IMG/VR virus record: IMGVR_UViG_3300036668_000241
Span: 1 to 64,000 of that record
DNA: 64,000 bases
From: a virus
Direction: 5' to 3' (one strand)
Shown here piece after piece: positions 59,640 through 64,000 of the stretch. The notes under the pieces were generated by a model, which ran no database searches, was not told where the DNA came from, and saw only the letters and a program-made list of their open reading frames with translations. The position numbers and the translations under genes were made by a program. Position 1 is the first letter of the stretch, and the number at the start of each line of letters is the position of its first letter.

Positions 59640-60377
59640 ATGACAACAGGACTTAAGTTGAGCAAAGATCGCAAGGTTGCCAACATCGTAAATAAAGCAG
59701 GCACGCAAGCCGCTATGCACAACGCATTCGGGTTACCGGCAGGCGATCAATTCTCGTGCGGAGGCATGACAGATGTATGCGGCTCGATTTGCTACGCAAA
59801 CAAACTAGAGAAGTTATTTCCTTCTGTTCGCGTATTGCTGATGCACAACTGGAACCTGCTAAAAGATGCGGATTTCGACACAATGGTCAACCTACTTGAT
59901 GAAGTTATTTGCAAGTTTGAATCAGAGTGCGAGAAACGTTCCGCCAAAAAGATATTCAGAATTCACTGGGACGGCGACTTCTTTAGCATTGACTACGCTC
60001 GAGCATGGATCGAAGTTATCCGTTGTCATCCTGATATACAATTCTGGTCATACACTCGGCAGGCGTTCGCTGCAGTTGAATTACATAAGTCTGGACTTAT
60101 CAACGTAGCAAACTATTTCAGCGCGGATAGTGCAAACTTGCCTATAGCAACAATGCTACGAAAGACCTACGGCATACGCCTAGCAATGCTTGCTGATAAT
60201 TTCCAAGACGGTCAAGCCGTTATGCGTGAGATCACCGGCAAGGTTGGTGCAAAGTGCCCAGAGAATAATAAAGCGCAGGCGTTCGGATTAATCACAACCG
60301 AAGGATCGGCATGTAGTAGGTGCCGCCTATGTGTGTTCGGCAAGGCTGACATAGTATTCAGCGCGACTAAAAAATAG
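59640..60377 (+). CDS. GP88-family protein (radical-SAM-like Cys motif)
   Basis: FGLPAG..SCGGMTDVCGSICYA, FRIHWDGDFFS, FWSYTR, CPE, CSRCRLC. Confidence 0.75.
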   Translation: MTTGLKLSKDRKVANIVNKAGTQAAMHNAFGLPAGDQFSCGGMTDVCGSICYANKLEKLFPSVRVLLMHNWNLLKDADFDTMVNLLDEVICKFESECEKRSAKKIFRIHWDGDFFSIDYARAWIEVIRCHPDIQFWSYTRQAFAAVELHKSGLINVANYFSADSANLPIATMLRKTYGIRLAMLADNFQDGQAVMREITGKVGAKCPENNKAQAFGLITTEGSACSRCRLCVFGKADIVFSATKK

Positions 60378-60417
60378 TTTAGGCAGAGGGACTGCCACCA
60401 AATGACGGGAGTACGGA

Positions 60418-60660
60418 ATGAAAGTAAAAGATCTAATTCAGCAACTTAACGACCACTACAAACCGGAGGACGATATCTTCTTGATTTCTTGGGACAAGAC
60501 CTTCGGAGCCGGTATGACAGAAGACGGCGTGCTAAGCGATGAGCAATGGGAAACCGCTGTTGCACTTATGGAGTTTAGAGAGCACAGAGATATGGAAAAC
60601 GTAAACGGAGAGATGACAGAACTAATCCGTGAGAGAGTAAACGAAGCACTAGAGGACTGA
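60418..60660 (+). CDS. Hypothetical protein
   Basis: MKVKDLIQQL start typical of small phage proteins; RBS GGGAG. Confidence 0.65.
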   Translation: MKVKDLIQQLNDHYKPEDDIFLISWDKTFGAGMTEDGVLSDEQWETAVALMEFREHRDMENVNGEMTELIRERVNEALED

Positions 60661-60689
60661 GATGTTTCTTAGTAGCACGAGTTAGAAGG

Positions 60690-60718
60690 TTGACAACCGC
60701 CAGAAAAAATGTAATAAT
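60690..60718 (+). promoter_or_regulatory. sigma70/SigA-type promoter
   Basis: TTGACA-17-AATAAT; shares GGTTGACAACCG with the 59557 promoter. Confidence 0.7.
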
Positions 60719-60809
60719 AGAACTTGTACGGCGAGGGTATGCGACCCCTAACGACTCGCTCCTTCGCCGTACAACCAAATGACAATTACAATACGACGGG
60801 AGCAAGACA

Positions 60810-61304
60810 ATGGGTTTAGATCAGTTCTTGAGAGTAAGTAAGACCTTCGGCTCGTATATCAACGACACCGAATCCGCTTCATACGACGCAATTAAGGCGG
60901 CGGCAGGGCTGGATAAGATCGGTAATTCGAACAGCAAATATGTCACAGTGGAAGTAACCGCACTCTACTGGCGCAAGGCAAACGCGATCCACGGCTGGTT
61001 TGTCAACGAACTGGCAGGCGGCGAGGACGAGTGCCAAGTAATTCCAGTAACCCGTGAAAACATAACTACGTTGCGCGATCTTTGCGTAGACGCTATGAGT
61101 GTTCCAGCAGGTATGTCTCTTGATACTCATGCGCGTACGGTGCTTCCCCCATCCGATGGGTTCTTCTTCGGTGGGTCAGAAATTGACGATTACTATATTC
61201 AAGATCTGAAGGACACAATCGAAGGTATAAACCGTATCCTCGAAGAACTTCCAGAAACCGGCGAGAGCTGGGACTGGAGTTTGACATATCAAGCATCGTG
61301 GTGA
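60810..61304 (+). CDS. Conserved-type phage hypothetical protein
   Basis: MGLDQ...YWRKANAIHGWFV...GFFFG...YQASW. Confidence 0.75.
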   Translation: MGLDQFLRVSKTFGSYINDTESASYDAIKAAAGLDKIGNSNSKYVTVEVTALYWRKANAIHGWFVNELAGGEDECQVIPVTRENITTLRDLCVDAMSVPAGMSLDTHARTVLPPSDGFFFGGSEIDDYYIQDLKDTIEGINRILEELPETGESWDWSLTYQASW

Positions 61305-61310
61305 CACGGC

Positions 61311-61339
61311 TTGACAACGGGCAACCGATTCGGTAGCCT
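61311..61339 (+). promoter_or_regulatory. sigma70/SigA-type promoter
   Basis: TTGACA-17-TAGCCT. Confidence 0.75.
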
Positions 61340-61345
61340 CTAATC

Positions 61346-61427
61346 TTGTTGGTAGAGAACCCCCCTTCTCCCAACAACGAGTCCCGTCAGAGTTCTCCCC
61401 CGTCCTCTGGCGGGACTCACCTTTCTT
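61346..61427 (+). ncRNA. 6C-like small RNA (two hairpins with C-rich loops)
   Basis: Hairpin 1: TTGTTGG-TA-GAGAA-[CCCCCC]-TTCTC-CCAACAA. Hairpin 2: 14-bp stem with loop TTCTCCCCCGTC. U-rich tail. Starts at the expected TSS. Confidence 0.65.
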
Positions 61428-61483
61428 AGTAGCACGAAAAAACAAACGACAAAACGACAAAAACTAGAAACCAGGAGTATACA

Positions 61484-61627
61484 ATGCCAATCTTTATCGA
61501 AGTTGAAGACACGGACGGCACGATCTTCGAGTGGGTAACAGACAGCGAAACTTTAGACAAGTTGCGCGGCCATCTTGGAGAACCGCAAAATGTCTACTCT
61601 TTAGTAGCAAGTGATCTCGCGGCTTGA
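61484..61627 (+). CDS. Small acidic protein (47 aa)
   Basis: Below track cutoff; RBS AGGAG; MPIFIEVEDTDGTIFEW... Confidence 0.65.
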   Translation: MPIFIEVEDTDGTIFEWVTDSETLDKLRGHLGEPQNVYSLVASDLAA

Positions 61628-61652
61628 CCGCGTGAAAGTAAACCTCTATAAT
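61624..61652 (+). promoter_or_regulatory. sigma70/SigA-type promoter
   Basis: TTGACC-17-TATAAT. Confidence 0.85.
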
Positions 61653-61671
61653 AGGTAAACACCTACAAGAT

Positions 61672-62346
61672 ATGGAGAACAAGATGCCAAACTGGGTTCA
61701 TAACAGCCTAAACATTACCGGAGACAAAGAGCAGATCACGCGCCTAATCGCGCAGGTTTCTGCCCCCTACACCACAAAAGGTTCTGAGTGGGTAGACGGC
61801 AAGATGATTACGGTAGATGCCGTAGTCACAGATCAAGATTTCTCATTCTGGAATATCTCACGGCCTGAAGGCGAGGACTTGGATAAGTACAACGAGTCTA
61901 TGGGAGGTGGCACACACGCAACCCCTTTCTGGTACGAATGGAATAACACCCACTGGAATACTAAGTGGGAAGCCTGTGATGCCGTGAGTGACCTAATCCA
62001 CGGAGAGAAGGAGAGTCAGGTTTCCTACCACTTCCAAACGGCGTGGAGTCCACCAACTATCGTACTTGTTAAGTTGGCACAGCAATACCCAACGCTAAAC
62101 ATGACATTCTTCTGGGAAGAAGAGCAGGGTTTCGGTGAGGACTTAGAGATTACCGGCGGGGAGATTGTCGTCAATGATTCGTGGGATATCCCAGAGACAC
62201 ATGAGGACACAATGAAACGGCGCGACTACTGCTATTGCGAAGATGCAGAAGATCAAGATGATATTCCGTTTGATGATTGCCCGACTAAGTTTGATCCGAA
62301 TATGATAATTGACAAAAACGAAATAGAAATGGAGGCACTAATATGA
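61672..62346 (+). CDS. DUF1281/YubB-like ferredoxin-fold protein
   Basis: MPNWVHNSL (likely start 61684)...WYEWNNTHWNTKW...FQTAWSPP...YPTL...EE. Confidence 0.75.
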   Translation: MENKMPNWVHNSLNITGDKEQITRLIAQVSAPYTTKGSEWVDGKMITVDAVVTDQDFSFWNISRPEGEDLDKYNESMGGGTHATPFWYEWNNTHWNTKWEACDAVSDLIHGEKESQVSYHFQTAWSPPTIVLVKLAQQYPTLNMTFFWEEEQGFGEDLEITGGEIVVNDSWDIPETHEDTMKRRDYCYCEDAEDQDDIPFDDCPTKFDPNMIIDKNEIEMEALI

Positions 62347-62576
62347 GTAACGTGACATCACTTACTTACTTCGCAACTGACGGGAACTACGGGAACGCAG
62401 GAGGTCTCACCGTTGTAGATACGTCTGCATGGACAGACCTTGACTTCGAGTTGCTAGATGGCGTGACAGATGAGTTGCGCCCTACTGCCGGTCGAACGAT
62501 CTCCGATTGGATTGAGGGTGGTCGAACAGATGACTACAATACTTACTTCCAGAAATTGGGAATAGATATTCCTTAG
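62343..62576 (+). CDS. Hypothetical protein
   Basis: YFATDGNYG...VVDTSAWT; RBS GGAGG. Confidence 0.65.
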   Translation: MSNVTSLTYFATDGNYGNAGGLTVVDTSAWTDLDFELLDGVTDELRPTAGRTISDWIEGGRTDDYNTYFQKLGIDIP

Positions 62577-62595
62577 TAGCACGATTTATATGATC

Positions 62596-62620
62596 GTCCC
62601 TGCCGTGAGGTGGGGACTTT
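62596..62620 (+). terminator. Probable intrinsic terminator
   Basis: GTCCCTGCC-GTGA-GGTGGGGAC followed by TTT. Confidence 0.6.
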
Positions 62621-62680
62621 CGTATTTAGTAGCAAAGTTGCGTATCTACTTAGTAGCAACACGCAAACTTCGATATAGAT

Positions 62681-62709
62681 TTGACAAGTACTCGAATAAC
62701 CTGTAAGTT
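62681..62709 (+). promoter_or_regulatory. sigma70/SigA-type promoter
   Basis: TTGACA-17-TAAGTT (TG directly upstream of -10). Confidence 0.75.
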
Positions 62710-62754
62710 TGCTCTTGTAAGGAAAACACCTACTAAACGACAGAAGGAAATAAA

Positions 62755-63246
62755 ATGGACGTTACTAAGTCAGTTCAGGGGATCGCCGTCTATGGTGAGT
62801 TTGTACGCCCCGGTACTACCACGCAGGTTATTGTTACTCCTGACGGACGCAACACATCAGGCGACAAGGTTGAGATGCACATTGTGCGCCGAACAATCAG
62901 CCTATCTACACCACGCAAGCAATGGCGTTTCAGCACACTATCTACCACTGACCCAATTACAACCTACGCAGGGTCAAACGTAGACGCTCTAAAAGAGATC
63001 TACTGCGACAATCGCATGAGGTACGCCTCGTCATTGTTCGAGCAACTGGCACGCGGAGATTGGTTCTTAGTAGCAGATCCAATTCTGGTTGAGGTCTCCA
63101 AAATGGATATGGATCATATCTCCATAAACAAGACACCTACCAAATTGCTTTATCGCATCACGCAATCCCGTCTAATGATTCCGGGATATCCAACTGACGT
63201 TGTAAATGAAGAAATAACCACAACACCTACACTTGCCACTATTTAG
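62755..63246 (+). CDS. Hypothetical protein
   Basis: 163 aa; RBS AAGGA. Confidence 0.65.
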   Translation: MDVTKSVQGIAVYGEFVRPGTTTQVIVTPDGRNTSGDKVEMHIVRRTISLSTPRKQWRFSTLSTTDPITTYAGSNVDALKEIYCDNRMRYASSLFEQLARGDWFLVADPILVEVSKMDMDHISINKTPTKLLYRITQSRLMIPGYPTDVVNEEITTTPTLATI

Positions 63247-63271
63247 TAGCAACGAGCCGAAGGATAAAAAA

Positions 63272-64000
63272 ATGTTATCAGAAAAGTTTGCAAATATCGG
63301 ATCAGTCTCAGAGCCAACAAAGTTCTGGAGCATGGTTGTCGAAGTCGCTGCACAAATGGACGTACCAGAGTCTGCTATGAAATTGTCATCAGAGGTATTG
63401 CCACAGGGTCGGTACGTCGAACGTGCTGCAAATGGGACACGCAAGCCAAAGACTCCAAAGGCACTCCCCACCGTTGAGTCATTAGATGCAGATACCGAAT
63501 ATCTGCGACCTAATGGAATGATCTATCACACCCGCGAATGGGGAGAGCATGGAGATGTCGCTGCCCTACGCAAGGCGCGTGAAGTTACGGCGCAAGCCTT
63601 CACAGAAAGTTCCGGCTCTCCAATGTTCTCGCTGCTCTACGGCGCACCCGGCTGCGGAAAGACTGCACTAGTTGAGGCTGCTTTCGGTGAGAATATCTAC
63701 ACGATCTTGGGGACTGGCGATACCGAAGTGGCAGACATGATCGGTGGATATATTCAGACACCTAGTGGTGGCTTCGAGTGGTTGGACGGCGACCTATTAA
63801 AGGCTGCCGAAAATGGTGGAGTCTACTTCATAGATGAGGTCGGACTCATTGACCCGAAGGTTCTCTCCATTGTGTACGGACTCATGGACGGACGGCGCGA
63901 GATCACTGTCACCGCAAACCCAGAGCGAGGCACAGTCAAGGCTCACCCAGAGTTCTATGTAATCGCTGCTACTAACCCAAACGCACCCGGCGTTCGGTTG
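63272..64000 (+). CDS. MoxR/CbbQ/NirQ-type AAA+ ATPase (runs off right edge)
   Basis: Not in track (truncated). Translates to LLYGAPGCGKT (Walker A), DMIGGY...WLDG.L, YFIDEV (Walker B), VIAATNP. Confidence 0.85.
   Translation, partial: MLSEKFANIGSVSEPTKFWSMVVEVAAQMDVPESAMKLSSEVLPQGRYVERAANGTRKPKTPKALPTVESLDADTEYLRPNGMIYHTREWGEHGDVAALRKAREVTAQAFTESSGSPMFSLLYGAPGCGKTALVEAAFGENIYTILGTGDTEVADMIGGYIQTPSGGFEWLDGDLLKAAENGGVYFIDEVGLIDPKVLSIVYGLMDGRREITVTANPERGTVKAHPEFYVIAATNPNAPGVRL

Larger units (their letters stand above)
58853..63251 (+). promoter_or_regulatory. Ten same-strand copies of the motif TTAGTAGCA
   Basis: Starts at 58853, 59459, 60669, 61426, 61601, 62573, 62626, 62650, 63067, 63243. 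Confidence 0.85.

Noticed and set aside
58853-63251. TTAGTAGCA copies as a CRISPR or TIGR-like array
   Set aside because: The repeat is only 9-10 bp, spacing is irregular (24 to about 1200 bp), genes lie between copies, and no cas or effector gene is visible.
1-64000. Stop-codon reassignment
   Set aside because: Long genes are intact under the standard code, and TAA, TAG and TGA all terminate genes at sensible positions.

Overview
64 kb of a large tailed dsDNA phage genome (Caudoviricetes), most likely infecting Actinobacteria. The host inference rests on a ClgR-like regulator, an r1t-type holin, a GP88-family protein, an actinobacterial-type small Zn protein, FmdB-like and Rpf-like genes, and many leaderless genes. 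Layout: (i) 1-24.2 kb, a minus-strand block of very large virion proteins and Gly-Pro-Thr collagen-like fibres. (ii) 24.3-38 kb, a metallophosphoesterase, a prim-pol/SF3 helicase, terminase large subunit, ThyX and a second fibre/decoration cassette. (iii) 38-53 kb, a beta-propeller glyco-enzyme, a SAM methyltransferase, tRNAs, a GNAT, an intein-containing class II RNR, an HNH, an RNA ligase, a transglycosylase and an amidase endolysin. (iv) An AT-rich non-coding strand switch at 53.2-53.7 kb with a 33-bp inverted repeat (origin candidate). (v) 53.7-64 kb, plus-strand early-type genes behind strong sigma70/SigA-like promoters. The most unusual signals are non-coding: ten same-strand copies of TTAGTAGCA in 4.4 kb of the early arm, a promoter-driven twin C-loop hairpin RNA resembling actinobacterial 6C RNA, and a ~215-nt stand-alone structured RNA candidate with its own promoter and terminator. 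All calls come from reading motifs by eye; no database searches were run.
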